NCBI RefSeq assembly: GCF_009914755.1
Contig: NC_060943.1
Strand: one strand, 5' to 3'
DNA from: the human T2T-CHM13v2.0 reference genome, Homo sapiens
Length of the DNA: 64,000 nucleotides
Each line of letters opens with the position of its first letter. The stretch's first letter is position 1. A program made the position numbers and the translations under genes. Positions 29,578 through 47,768 of this stretch are shown here, piece by piece. The notes beneath the pieces were generated by a model. The model ran no database searches and was not told the DNA's origin. It saw nothing but the letters and a program-made list of their open reading frames with translations.

Positions 29578-30199
29578 TCAAGGGAGGGAAAAGGCAGACA
29601 AAAGGAATAATCAGAGACAGAAACAAAAGAAAATGGGACAATCATTCAACCTCTGAAGGGCACACTACACTGCAATTTTCTGGCACCTAATAACAAAAAC
29701 AGCTATTCTCAAGCCAGCTCTCTCTTATCAAGTTCCAGGCACCTGATCAAATAATTGAATGTGGGTTTATCCTCATAATGACCCTCCGAGGCATCTGCTT
29801 TTACAACTCGTTTGCGAAAGAAGGAACAGTTTGCTCAGAGAGGGAAGGCGACTCACCCAGGTTTACACAGCGGGTGGGAGGTGGTGGTGGACGGTCCTGA
29901 ATCCCAGATTTCCCCCACCTCTAGCACGATATGCAGAAGAAGACTCTAAACATGATATAAGACGAACGCCTGCTAATTCTTTGGAGTTCTCAGATTCCGC
30001 TGGACCCTGCGGCTCTCCTTCTCCTAGGCAGGGACTTTTGAACAACGCCCGTTTTACAGAGGGGAAAACTGAGGCTCCGAGAAGCCAAGAGGCTGGGCAA
30101 GGTCACCCAGGTAGGGACTGGCGGCGCTGGAACCAGAGTTCCGACTTCAGTCCCCACAAACGGGGGTCCCTGAGTCACAGGGACGACGTTTCCAGGCGG

Positions 30200-30900
30200 T
30201 TAATAAGAGCGGAACGGCAGCGAACACCCAGCGAGCGCTCACTACATGCGGGGCGCCTTCCCCTCCCGCCGTCCTCGCCACCAGGCCGCGGACCAGCATT
30301 TCCAGGACCTGGGGCCTGGGGAAGGGAGATCAGGGCTCGAAGGGCCTGCCCGATGGCGCCCGGCCTCAGTTTCCCCTCCGCACCGCCTACTCACAGGACC
30401 CCGCGGGTCGCGGTGACCCTGGCCTCACGATCCCCAAACTCTTACGAGCTTTGGGGCCCCGTGGGCCCCGAGCCGCAGACCCCAGACCCACCAGGCTCAG
30501 CGCAGTGCCCCTCACTCACCTCTCAGGCGACCGATCCCCGACCCACCGACGGTTGCGCTTGCGCACCGCGGTGCCGCCCGGCCCCGGCCCCAGGGCGCGA
30601 CGCCTGCGCAAAAGAAAGGCGCCCGGAGTTGCTTCCCTTCTGCACAGGCGCGTTAATGATGGAGGCGGGCGTGGAAGGAAGTGACGCAACGTAGAGGCGG
30701 GAACCAGCTGGTTGTTAGGGCAACTGACCTCTGCGACCTAATGGAGGCCGGAAATCGGGTCTGGTTTGCCCTCTAGAGCGGGAATGAAGCGGTGCACGGT
30801 GGAACAGTGGCTGACTCCAGCCGGTCGCCGAGCTGACCACGTGGTGCTGGGCCGGCCACGTGGTGCAGCCGCGTTTGGACACCTGGACTCCAGAGCGTCA
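30200..30900 (-). promoter_or_regulatory. SGTA CpG-island promoter: NRF1-like TGCGCTTGCGCA (30554-30565), ETS/CRE composite GGAAGTGACGCA (30677-30688), two CCACGTGG E-boxes (CACGTG at 30838-30843 and 30857-30862)
   Basis: High CpG density around exon 1; motifs read directly, binding inferred. Confidence 0.8.
30520..30620 (-). other. SGTA: SGTA exon 1 (non-coding 5'UTR); TSS approximate
   Basis: CpG island; donor GAG|GTGAGTGAG at 30520/30519 on minus strand. Confidence 0.88.
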
Positions 30901-31489
30901 CAGCTGCGCAATGAATGGGAGTCAGTGTTACCCGCTTACTATCTTTGTTCATTTATTCACCCACCCATCTACTCACCCACAAATGCATTCTTTCATGCAG
31001 TGTGAGACGTTTGTGAGTATAGAGCCATTTGTAGACAGCAGGTGCCTAATATTCATTCAATATTTATTGCAAAGCAGCCATAAAAACCAGCAAAGTGTCT
31101 ACTCTCATTATTTTGCATTGGGGTAGACGGACTATAAACTAATAAACTAGTACATAAATAGAGAAACAAATTTCACAGCAAACACTAAGAAAAAAAAAAT
31201 GAAGGTAGTGTGATTGTCACTGGGAGCTAAGTCGCATGGGATGGGTAGGAAAGATCATCCTTTACATTTGGATTTCAAGGATAGGAAAGTCCAAACGGAC
31301 CCCAGGCACAGGGAACAGCGAAAATGAACGCCGATGTAAAATTAATCTTGGTGTTGCTCAAGACATGTGATGAGACATTTCCAAGGACGACAGAAAACTG
31401 ATCACCATCTAAGTTACAGTTGCCAGAAATGTTCTCCCAATTCATTTTCGTCCTACTCAAAATACATGCACGATTAATGGCGTGGATTA

Positions 31490-31920
<431 letters not shown>

Positions 31921-32071
31921 TCAAGACAGATGGTTCAAGATGTTTTTTGTTTTAACCCACAACACTGCATGTAGGTCAGGCTACTGCACTGTTCCACAAC
32001 ACCTGTTATTTGACATGAATCCGTTTACTTGCTTTTGTTTCTGACAAAAAAAAAAAAAAAAAAAAAAACTT

Positions 32072-32357
<286 letters not shown>

Positions 32358-32499
32358 AACCAAAGCACCAAAACTTCTGGTTAATTTAATTGATTCGTCG
32401 GATTCAGATGCTGGAAAGTGGGCCTGGGATATACAGTAAGCGATCAATAATAACACTGGCCCAACACACAGCTATAAGAAGCGAGGCAAGTACACATTA

Positions 32500-33120
32500 A
32501 CGCGGTAGCCTGAAGCCCAAGCGAAGTCTCAGCGCAATGAGCCGCGCAGAGGCTCAGAGGCGTCAGCGGCGTGCGCGGTTTCCAAGGAAACCGTCCGTCC
32601 TAGCCACCCCAGCGGCTCTGGAATGGTAGAGCAAGAGGCTCCGCCCACGCACCGCCGAGACCAATAACGGACCGGGAGGGTTACGGCGAGTGCGCAGAGG
32701 GCTCCAGCGCACTCCCGGCCCTCCTCCTTTAGCTGTGGGCGGGGCTCAGGGGCGCGTGCGTCCTGCCCTCCCTGTGCGCGCGCCGCCCCAGCATGCCCCG
32801 GGAGCGCGGGCGGCGGGCCCCTTGGTCCTCAGGCGGCCGTGGCGGCGGTGGCGGCGGTTGGGCCGAGGCAGGCGGCCTCAGTGGCCGAGGTGGCTGGACG
32901 CGTAGCAGGTGGAAGGAGGGAGGGAGCCGCAGGCGCAGACCCACCCGCCATGAAGCCCCCCGCAGGTACCGACTACCCCGCTCGCCGGACCCGGGCGTCC
33001 CCTGCACCCTCGCTCCTCCCGGGGTCGCGACTTGGGCCTAAGGCTGGAGCGAAGCGACCCCCGAGCCACCCTCGGCCGGGCTGGAGGGGCAGCGGGGGAG
33101 GTGGACGACCCTGCTCTCTC
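32500..33120 (+). promoter_or_regulatory. THOP1 CpG-island promoter, TATA-less: CCAAT (32661-32665), GC boxes (32638-32646, 32737-32745)
   Basis: CpG-dense region spanning exon 1; motifs read directly. Confidence 0.8.
32950..32965 (+). CDS. THOP1: THOP1 exon 1 coding part (MKPPA)
   Basis: CCCGCCATGAAG start; donor CAG|GTACCG. Confidence 0.96.
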
Positions 33121-33532
33121 GTTTGCCGAATGAATGAACCAGCTTTTCCAGCGCTTCATTCATTCTGCAAAGTTGATGGCGCTTCCCTTCCGGATGGGTC
33201 GGGCCCCGTGGCGGACCCTGGGGAGGCCGTGATTTAACGACTCCAGTCCCGTTTTCCTGGAATTCTAGAGCCACAGACAGACATTCAAAAATTAAATAAG
33301 AGAGGATCGAAGATAGGGAGGGATCGGTGCTCTGGTGCAGATAAACACGAACGGGGCAGTCCCAGGGACACGTTTTTAGAGAGAGGGTGGTTCCTGGGGG
33401 GCTTTTCTGAAGAGGTGAGCGTCGACTTGCTTGATTGGGAGAAGCAAGTGTCCTGCCAAGACCGGGGAAGGAGGCGTCCCGGGAGGAGGGAACGTGTTTG
33501 GAGAGCAGAAAGTCAGTTTGGCTGGAACGTAA

Positions 33533-34485
<953 letters not shown>

Positions 34486-34983
34486 TGGGTTTTAGAAGGT
34501 CACTCAGGTTGTTGAAGCAACTCCTTGCCTGATCCTTGGCTTTTCTCTTGCCCAGCCACACTCCCCCAGCTCTTTGTCCAGCCCATTGCGATGAGGGTGA
34601 TAATTGTAATAATGATAGTCAGGGATATTCAGGCCTTGGGAAGGAAGGAATGTTGTCTGCCTTGTTTGCTACTGGATCCTTGGCACAATCAGTAAATATT
34701 TACAGGATGAACTGACGTCCACAAGTTTTTCAAATCCTAACTCCTGCAGGAGAATTTTCTGACAGTTCCAGTTCCCATCCATCTCCATCCTTTCTGAGCC
34801 CCTGAAGCTCTTCTTTACCCCACGGTTTAATGTAGATCCACAGTCCCTTTTTTGCAGTTCTAAAATCCTAAATACTCTGTAAACTGAAAGGTTTGCCTTA
34901 AGTTTACAGCAAAGTCATTTGGCCAGAAAATGACCTCAACTGACCGACTGAGAGCCTTTCTTTTTCCCACTTAGCGAATATCA

Positions 34984-35191
34984 TTGATTCTCAGCTGGGG
35001 TGATTGTGCTACCTCTGGGGACACTGGACGGTGTCTGGGGACATTTGTGGTTGTCACAGTTGGGGGGCGCTCCTGGTATGGAATGGATGGAGGCCGGGGA
35101 CGCTGCTCAGCACCCTGCAGTGCCCAGGACAGCTCCACCCCAGAAAACGATCCGGCCCCAATGGCCACAGTGCAGACAGAGAGACACCCTG
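34984..35191 (+). mobile_element. MER20-like element, near full length
   Basis: ttctcagctggggtgatt...gtgtctggggacatttgtggttgtcacag...gagacaccctg. Confidence 0.82.
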
Positions 35192-35745
35192 GTGCGTATT
35201 CCTGCATCTCACTGCAGAAAGAGTAATTTGATTTCGGAGTGCTGCCTCAGCCTCCCTAGTGATTTGGAATACATGGCACTTGGACTCTATTAATACTGTT
35301 CTACAATGGGGGGAAATTCTGAATGTTAAAATGTCCCCGGCCCCAAGACTTTTTGGACAGGAGAGCATGGTCTGTAATAACAGCTACCTCTTGAAAACTT
35401 TCTGGTGGTATTCAGGATACAAGATGTTTTGCCTTCATACCTCACTGAATTCTTAGACAGTTCTTGTTCTCTGCACCCTGAATTGTTCCCGTTTTGCAGG
35501 TGGGAAGCCTGAGAGTTAATGTTTCTTGCCAGAATCCCAGAACTAGCAACTGGCAGAGGTGGGGTCCGCACCCAGGCCATCTGACTTCAGCTTCTGCGTT
35601 CTGAGCTAGCTTGTTGTGCCTGCCCCAGCCTTTGTAAAAATGCACATCTGATTGTTAGTGCCACTGTCCCATCCCCTTCCTGTCCCTTTCCAGGGCTCCA
35701 CCTTGCACTCAGGATTGAAGTTCAAAGCCTTCATTGTCATCTACA

Positions 35746-36444
<699 letters not shown>

Positions 36445-36470
<26 letters not shown>

Positions 36471-36574
36471 GTCCTCTGCAGAACTGTTTGCTGGTCCCCT
36501 GGGTCCTCTGCAGAACTGTTTGCTGGCCCCCTGGACCCTCTGCAGAACTGTTTGCTGGCCCCCTGGGCCCTGCA
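36445..36574. repeat. 32-bp tandem repeat x4 at the end of a MER58-like element
   Basis: tgcagaactgtttgctggccccctgggtcctc. Confidence 0.93.
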
Positions 36575-36979
36575 CGGTTAGGTGTTTCCAGGTGGTTTTG
36601 CCACCTTCTCTGTGCCGAGCCGCACTGACTTCACATAGTCGCCCTTCCCGCAGCTGCTCTCGCTGCCAGGAGCCCCCGCCTGCCATTCTTGTTTTCAGGC
36701 TCCATTTACCCGTTTCTCAGAGAGGCCCTGGTGTGAGTGGCCGGGCCACATATGACTCGCCCGTAGCACCTGTGGGTCTGGCACGACCACACGCCAGGCT
36801 GACTTTCTTGTTGAGTTCATGAATGGAGGCCTGCTTGTTCCCCCCACTGGGTGTGGGGTGTGGAAGAAGCAGACAGAAGAAGGGACTCCTCCCGAAAACC
36901 CCCCGATACCTCACCTTTCCCCTCTGGCATGGCAGGAGTTGAGCAGTGCGTGGGTGGTCCTGGACTTCCCCTTTTGTGA

Positions 36980-37339
<360 letters not shown>

Positions 37340-37344
37340 GGGCA

Positions 37345-37560
37345 GGGGGATTTTTAACAGCAGTATCATCTCTATTCCGGGCTGATCGTTCTCTGCTGGG
37401 GCCGTCCTGGTCACTGCAGGGTACTAAGCAGGATCCCTGGCCTCCACCCACTCCACGCCAGGAGCATCTGCAACCGCGACAGCCACATGTGTCCTAGATG
37501 TCACCCAGGGTTCCCTGGATGGGATTGATGGCAGAGTAGCCTCCTGCTCTAGAGGACTGG
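37345..37560 (-). mobile_element. MER20-like element
   Basis: gccgtcctggtcactgcagggtactaagcaggatccctggcctccaccc. Confidence 0.75.
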
Positions 37561-37707
37561 TCAGTCTGTGCTTCCCTACAAGAGCCCTGGACCTCACTCT
37601 TCTGGATGAGAAGCGGGTGATCCCTTCCTTTCCCTCTGCCCTCCTGACTTTGACCCTAACTGAACCGAAAGCAGACCCGCCCGGCACTGGGTTTTGTTTC
37701 TGCGTAG

Positions 37708-37920
37708 CCTGTGCAGGAGACATGGCGGACGCAGCATCTCCGTGCTCTGTGGTAAACGACCTGCGGTGGGACCTGAGTGCCCAGCAGATAGAGGAGCGCA
37801 CCAGGGAGCTCATCGAGCAGACCAAGCGCGTGTATGACCAGGTTGGCACCCAGGAGTTTGAGGACGTGTCCTACGAGAGCACGCTCAAGGCGCTGGCCGA
37901 TGTGGAGGTCACCTACACAG
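37708..37920 (+). CDS. THOP1: THOP1 exon 2
   Basis: [23 protein letters not shown]...EVTYT; CGTAG| and CAG|GTAAGT; 213 nt. Confidence 0.98.
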
Positions 37921-39516
37921 GTAAGTCCCAGGCAGGGTCTGTGCGTGGGCCGCAGGTGCCGAGGGAGGTGGCACCGCAGGCGGGAGTAGCCCAGCCCGTG
38001 GAGCCGGTTCAGAACCTGGCTTGAAGTGTCACCAGCACCCTGCCCCTGAGCACAGGGCAGCGCCACCTGCTCCCAGGCTGGTCGTGGTGGCTAAATCAGA
38101 TGGCTGGGCGGAAGCGTCTGGCAGGTGCTGGTCACTAGAGGTGTAGGAGAGAGGCAGTTCCTCCCGTGCTCCGCTCTGCTTCACAGCCTCGTCCATTCAA
38201 AGGACTCCCTGGTTGTGTGATCTGAGAGCCGGAGATGAGAAAATATGTCTAAACAGCACGCCTCTCCAGCCTCTCCCAGAGCCAGCAGCCTTGAACCCTG
38301 ACCCCGTCTGGCCTCTTTCCCTGGCCCGGGAAGGCGGGTATTTGTTTCTCTCTGAATGACTGAACTTGGCCCCCTTGGCTTCTGCCTCTGCGCCCTCCGG
38401 CGGGGGTGACCTCATGTCCTCGGGCGTCCTCCTCACCCTCAGCCCGATCCTCCTCCTCTCCTTGGGGTCCCTGTGCTCACGGTGAGGAGTGAGGTGCCTA
38501 GTGACAGGGGTTAGGGACACTGCTTCCCGAGCTCTGCCTAAGGCTGACAGTGTACCTGCCTGACCAAGAGACCCAGAGAGTCTCCGCAGAGAGCTCTGAG
38601 TGAGGCAACTCCCCACCCTTCCATCTAGCGGAAGGCCTTTTTGCTGGGAACCATCGAGAATCCTTGAGTTCAAGCCCAGGGCTTCTCTCGTGTTCCAAGG
38701 CATCCCCTGAAAGGGTTGGCCTCCGTGGCCCATGCCATGAGGCCTCCAGAGGGTTTGTTGTCTGGGCCAGGGGCTGGAGGGAGGGCTGAAGCTCCGCAAG
38801 CACCCCAAGCCTGCAGGTCCCGCAGCCCCTGATTGGAATCCTGACCCTCTTCCCACTCCCTCTGGCTTCCGACAAGTGGCTTAGAGCCCGTATGACCTCG
38901 GTTTCCCCTCCTCGGCCACGTGGTGGCCCCTTGTCCCTCCCGTAGGAGTCTCATGAGGCTCAGGTGATACCAGTTCCCTCTTATGGCGCCCAGCGGTGCC
39001 AGGCATCATTTCCCCCGCCCGTGCCCCACCTTCCCCTCCTGCGGCCTTTCCTCTCCTCCTTCACATGGTGGCGAGACTAGCATTAAAGGAAACTGAATTC
39101 GGCCCCAGTGCTCCCCTCGGGGCCTTTCCGCTTCCCTCAGGGTGACGCCCAGCATCCTCGGTGTGGTCTTCAGCGCCCTGCACCGTCTGTGCCTGGACAC
39201 CCAGTCTCCTCGTGCCTGGCACCCTCCCCCAGCCAGGGCCTCTCCAGCCGGCCCCTCGCGCCCCTCGCCCTGTGCTCTGCTGAATGCCTGGCTTCTCTCT
39301 GATCACAGATTAAGTCCACTTCGCCCAGGAGCCCTTCCTCCTCCTCCTGTCCCCATGCCAGCTGCCTGGATTAGTCCCTGCACGGTACTGACACTGTCGT
39401 CCCTGCGGTCACTTGTCTAATCGGTCGCCCGTAAATCCCGAGAGGACAGAGCTGATTTTCTTTCTGTCTTCAGCCCTAGCGTCAGGCCTGGCCCAGAGCC
39501 CCCACTACAGGCTTTT

Positions 39517-41617
<2,101 letters not shown>

Positions 41618-42050
41618 TAGCCACTGACACTTCCTCTACTCAACCTAAAGCACAGATGTGCTCAGGAAATTGTAAGTAGTTTATGCATTTAAATGTGACC
41701 ATCGGCAGCTGCAGCTCTCTCTGGAATGGAATTCCGTCAGCCTCTGTTTCGTCGTACCCAGCTCTGTTGGGTCCTCCTTGGCTTGGAGGGCTTTGAGTTG
41801 AATCCTTATTTTTCTTCGGTCTGTAAGATCTCCAAGGACACAGGCAACAGCACCTCCTTTCTCCATCCCAGGGCCCAGCCTGGAGGGGACGGTGGCGTGT
41901 GCCTCTAGTCCCAGCTACTTGGGAGGCTGAGGCAGGAGAGAGTTCACGGGGGGATTCAGCAGACAGGCCTGGGAGAGGGGTCCGGGCAACACCTGCCAGT
42001 TGTACTGGGGCCTGTTCTCACACCTGTCTCCCTGGTCTCCCCTGTTTTAG

Positions 42051-42199
42051 TTCAGAGGAATATCCTTGACTTCCCCCAGCATGTTTCCCCCTCCAAGGAC
42101 ATCCGGACAGCCAGCACAGAGGCCGACAAGAAGCTCTCTGAGTTCGACGTGGAGATGAGCATGAGGGAGGACGTGTACCAGAGGATCGTGTGGCTCCAG
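42051..42199 (+). CDS. THOP1: THOP1 exon 3
   Basis: [50 protein letters not shown] read by hand; TTTTAG| and CAG|GTGAGG; 149 nt. Confidence 0.97.
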
Positions 42200-42228
42200 G
42201 TGAGGGGGCCCTGCGGGGAGTGCAAATA

Positions 42229-42616
<388 letters not shown>

Positions 42617-43367
42617 TGAGCTGGCAGGGCCTGGCGGCATGGCTGCGTGGGCTCCTGCTCCCCCGGATGCTCCTCGCAGTATGCAGTGGGGCCTTTGCTG
42701 TTGATGTCACATGATCAGGAGAGACCCAGAGACCCTCCTGCTGCTGTTCATCCTCTTAGGCGAGGACCCCTGGGAATGTGCTGATGTGTCCCACAGTCTC
42801 AGGATCATGCAGCCCTAGTGCTTTGGTAAATCCAGATCAGGGTGACCCATGATAGCCGTGGATTGTTATTTCTTTTTATTTAAATACAGACAGGGTCTCA
42901 CAACGTTGCCCACGCTTGTCTCGAACTCCTGGGCCCACGCAATCCTCCCACCTCCACTTTCCAGAGTTTCTGTTGAGACAATGAGAGGTTCCCATGCAGG
43001 TGCAGGAAAGAATCGAATGCCTTTGCCAACTTTGCCCAGGTCCCCAGTGATGACGTTTTGCAAAACTATGGTGTCATCTACACCCCGATACCGACCTGGA
43101 GACCACCAGCAATCTAATTCCCATTCAGCCATCGCACTGGTGAAGGAGCTCTGGACTGATGTCAGTGTGGGGCTCTTCCAAACAAAGCGAACGTTTGCAC
43201 AGGTTTTATGTAGAGACAGGTCGTCATTTCTCTGAGATAAATGCCCAGGAGTGCAGTTGCCAAGTCACACGGGGGCCGGATGATCAGGTTTTTAAGAAAC
43301 TGCCAAACTGCTCTTTGGAGCGGCTGCACTGGCCCACGTCCTACATGCTTTGATGTTTTTATTCCAG

Positions 43368-43475
43368 GAGAAAGTTCAGAAGGACTCACTGAGGCCCGAG
43401 GCTGCGCGGTACCTGGAGCGGCTAATCAAGCTGGGCCGGAGAAATGGGCTTCACCTCCCCAGAGAGACTCAGGAA
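43368..43475 (+). CDS. THOP1: THOP1 exon 4
   Basis: EKVQKDSLRPEAARYLERLIKLGRRNGLHLPRETQE; CCAG| and GAA|GTGAGT; 108 nt. Confidence 0.98.
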
Positions 43476-43980
43476 GTGAGTGCTGGGTGTAGGGAGTGCT
43501 GGGCGTGGGCAATGGTCGATCCCGGGGAGTGCTGGGCACAGGGAGTGCTCAGTCCCAGGGAGTGGTGGGAGCAAGAAGCGCAGGGCAGGGGGAGTGCTGG
43601 GCTCGGGGAGTGCTCGGCTCAGGGAGTGCTTGGGGCATCAGGAGTGCTGGGTTCAGGGAGTGCTGCGTCCCGGGGAGTGCTGGACTCAGGGAGTGCTTGG
43701 GCACAGGGAGTGCTGGGTGCCGGGAGTGCTGGGTGTGAGGAGTGCTCGGTCCCAGGGAGCACTGGGCATGGGGAGTACTGAGCTCAGGGAGTGCTTGGGC
43801 TTGGGGAGTGCTGGGTGGGGGGAGTGCTCGGTCCCAGGGAGTACTGGGTGTGGGGAGTGCTCAGTCTGGGGAGTACTCGGCATGGGGAGTACTGGGCACG
43901 GGGAGTGCTCAGTCCTGGGGAGTGCTCAGTTGCGGGGAGTGCTGGGCTCAGGGAGTACTGGGTGCGGGGAGTGCTGGGCG
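43476..43980. repeat. ~19-21-bp G-rich minisatellite (~25 copies) starting at the THOP1 exon 4 donor
   Basis: gggagtgctgggc/gggagtgctcag core repeated. Confidence 0.93.
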
Positions 43981-44639
43981 TGGCCAGTGGAGCTTCTGTG
44001 GCCCCCTGCCCCTGCCTCCTCGGGAGCGTCCCCCCTTCAGGGCTGACCCCCGGCCTGATGTCCATCTTTCTTCTGCCTGAGGACCTGAACTCTGGCAAGG
44101 CAGGTCCACACAGACATGGGGCGCAGAGGCTCGGTAACGAGGGGAGCCCCTCCACCCACTGCCCGGTGTGCCTGATGTGGGCGTCTCAGGGGTGACATGA
44201 GTTAGTTGGTGCAGAGCTGGGAGCGCAGCGCTGAAGTCAAGCGTAGTGTGTTAGCAGAAGCCCAGTGTTCAGCGGCACCAACAGAGCAGTGGCGACCGCC
44301 ACTGGAAAGATGCGTGTCACAGTTCCCAGGAACTGGCAGCTCGCCACATGGGAAGCATGGCTGGGTCAGGAGGTGTGCTCTGGGCAGGGCCTTCGCTGGG
44401 GTCCCTTGTGAAGGCATGGGTGTAGCGGGGAGTGGGCTCAGGGTTGGCCGGCTGGACCATCTCAGCCAGCCCTGGCATGGGGGCTGCCCCTCATCGGGTG
44501 CCTGGCCCTAGGGTAATGGGGGCCGGTGGATGGTGCCCCAGAGTGTAGGGGCTCGAGACTAGTTGATTTGCACGTGAAAGATGTTTGCAGGCGAGCTGTT
44601 GGCTGTCTCTGGGAGGGGCCATTTCTCGAGGGCCAGCAA

Positions 44640-45041
44640 GGCACCCAAATGTCAAAGCATCAGAATACAGGCCCCTGATTCACCATGGTGTGTGTTCAGT
44701 AGAAACCGTGCTTGGAATGCTGATCTTTCCGAGGCCGGCCACTTGGGCACTTGCTGTCCTGTGACGCTGGGCGCCAGCCACAGCTACCAGCTAGCCTGCA
44801 ATGACGCAGGCAAACTGAAAACCGAAGTTACATGAGATACCCAACACCTCATATCCGATAGCCTTTGCCTTCGGCGATCTCACCAGAATGTGGGCTGCTG
44901 TGAGTTCCTGAGCACGCTTAAGACAGGCCAGGTTAAGCTGTGATGTTCGCTCCTATTAAATGCATTTGTGATTTATGATATTCACAACTCACGATGGGAT
45001 TATTGGGACATACCCCTGTCCTAAGTCAGGGAGCATCTGTA
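44640..45041 (+). mobile_element. Tigger3/MER7-like DNA transposon fragment
   Basis: attaaatgcattt...gatgggattattgggacatacccc...aagtcagggagcatctgta terminal motif. Confidence 0.6.
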
Positions 45042-45298
45042 CAGGAAAGAAAGCACACAGTTCAATCAGGTCCCAGGCTGCAGCCATAGCCCCATGGCTG
45101 TCCCTGTTCCGGTTCCATAAAGCCACCGCTGTCCTGGTTAGGGGGCGTCTCCACCTTATGGCTGAGGCAACCAAGACTCAGAGAGGCCAGGTGGGTTTGT
45201 CAGTGAAACCAGCACTGACGAAAGCGGAGTCAGGGTCCGTCTCAGTACTCGGGGACTGGGGGTCCTCAGCTCAGCCGCAGCGGACAAGAGCCAGTTAT

Positions 45299-45612
<314 letters not shown>

Positions 45613-46302
45613 ACAGTTATTTTTAAAACCCCTTCGGCTTGTTGCATGCCCAGCATGTGTGGCCATGTGCATGGTAGAAGCCACAAACTCTCCCACAAGG
45701 GCCAGCAAGCAAGGAGGGAGCAGAGGCAGCCCCGCCTGGAGGACAGAAGCGCGGAAAAGGTGCGAGGTCCGGATGCTGGCGAGCAGAGTTCCAGCGCGTC
45801 CCCGCGGCCCTTAGGGCCAGCGCTGTGTGCTCATTGAGTCTCCAGAGCCTTCCCTGGCATGGCTGGGTTTGTTATGTGAGATGGCAAGAGGGGGAGACAT
45901 TGGGAATTGCCCAGCATGGGGCCTGTTCCCAGGAGAGGCCCAGCAAACCCTCAGCTGGTTCTGAACCAGGGCCTTCCTGACAAGATACAGGCTCCCTGCA
46001 AAGTCCTGGGCACAGTTTCCCCCTGCTGCCGCCCTCTGTCCTGCGGATGAGCATTTCTGCTCTGGCCCCATGGAGCTGGGCTCCAGACCCGCCTGGCGGA
46101 GCTTCCAGCAGGAGAATCTGAGTCAAAGTACAGCCCTGCTGCCAGCCTGTCATGTGTCATGTGGCCTCAAGCCAGGTCCTTGTCACATAGTGGTCACCTC
46201 CCAGCCTTCAAGGCCACCAGAGGGACCACTCAAGATTCAGTTCCTTTGTTGATATCCCATATCACCAGGGTCGAGTTTTAGCTGTTTCTAAAACCAGCTT
46301 TA

Positions 46303-46612
<310 letters not shown>

Positions 46613-46975
46613 GAAGAATGTTGAAAAGCTTAGGCTGCAGGCTCTGAAGGTGATTCCTTAATGGATAGGAGGGTCTGGAGCACTCTTGGCCAGGGCCACA
46701 CCTGACAGACCGGAGCACATCCCTGAGGTTGCCCGAGGTCACCCAGCTTTGGATGCCGCAGCTGGTGTTGAAATCCACACTGCGCAGCCTCGTGGCCTCC
46801 GTGTCTGTCTGTCCTCCGCCTCCCGTCTCACTCTTTCCTCCTCGGTTGCCTCTTCTTTCGGCCTGGTTCTTGGGGAAATCCCTCAGCCCTCGGCGAGAGG
46901 GTTCCCAGGCGTTGCGTCTCCCCGCGGAGCCCGCCCCGGTCTCTCCCTCCCCTCACGCCCCGCCTTTCTCTCCAG

Positions 46976-47078
46976 AACATCAAACGCATCAAGAAGAAGC
47001 TGAGCCTTCTGTGCATCGACTTCAACAAGAACCTGAACGAGGACACGACCTTCCTGCCCTTCACGCTCCAGGAGCTAG
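46976..47078 (+). CDS. THOP1: THOP1 exon 5
   Basis: [34 protein letters not shown]; CTCCAG| and TAG|GTAGGG; 103 nt. Confidence 0.97.
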
Positions 47079-47454
47079 GTAGGGGCCGAGCAGTGGGGCA
47101 CGGGTGGCCATCGGTCCTGGGACTCAGTGCAGGCCTGCCAGGCCCTCGGGGGCCGCCGCTTCCTCCTGTGGGCTTCTGTGCTGAAGGGCGGCGGGAGGCC
47201 GAAGTACGTGGACCTGACCGCCCTGGGCTGAGGACTTTCCTCACCGGAAGCGCTCCAGGGCCGTTTACAGCCAAAAGCTCTGAGCCCTCCTTGGGGAGGG
47301 CCATGGTCTGTCCCACCAAGATTCCACCCTGATAGAAAATGTCCCTGGCAGTGGCGGAAGCCCAGGCCGGACGGGGTGGCCAAGGGTGCCAGTCTCAGCC
47401 ATGGCCCTGAGGGAACCACAATTTTCCCTTGAGACCCCACTTCCTGCCTGCCTT

Positions 47455-47768
<314 letters not shown>

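Noticed and set aside
29759-30694. 311-aa plus-strand ORF across SGTA exon 1/intron 1
   Set aside because: Runs through MIR fragments and a CpG island; low-complexity Pro/Arg/Gly composition, no recognisable domain.
32688-32781. Metal-response-element cores (TGCRCNC) in the THOP1 promoter
   Set aside because: A 7-bp GC-rich core is expected by chance in a CpG island, and the flanks match poorly.
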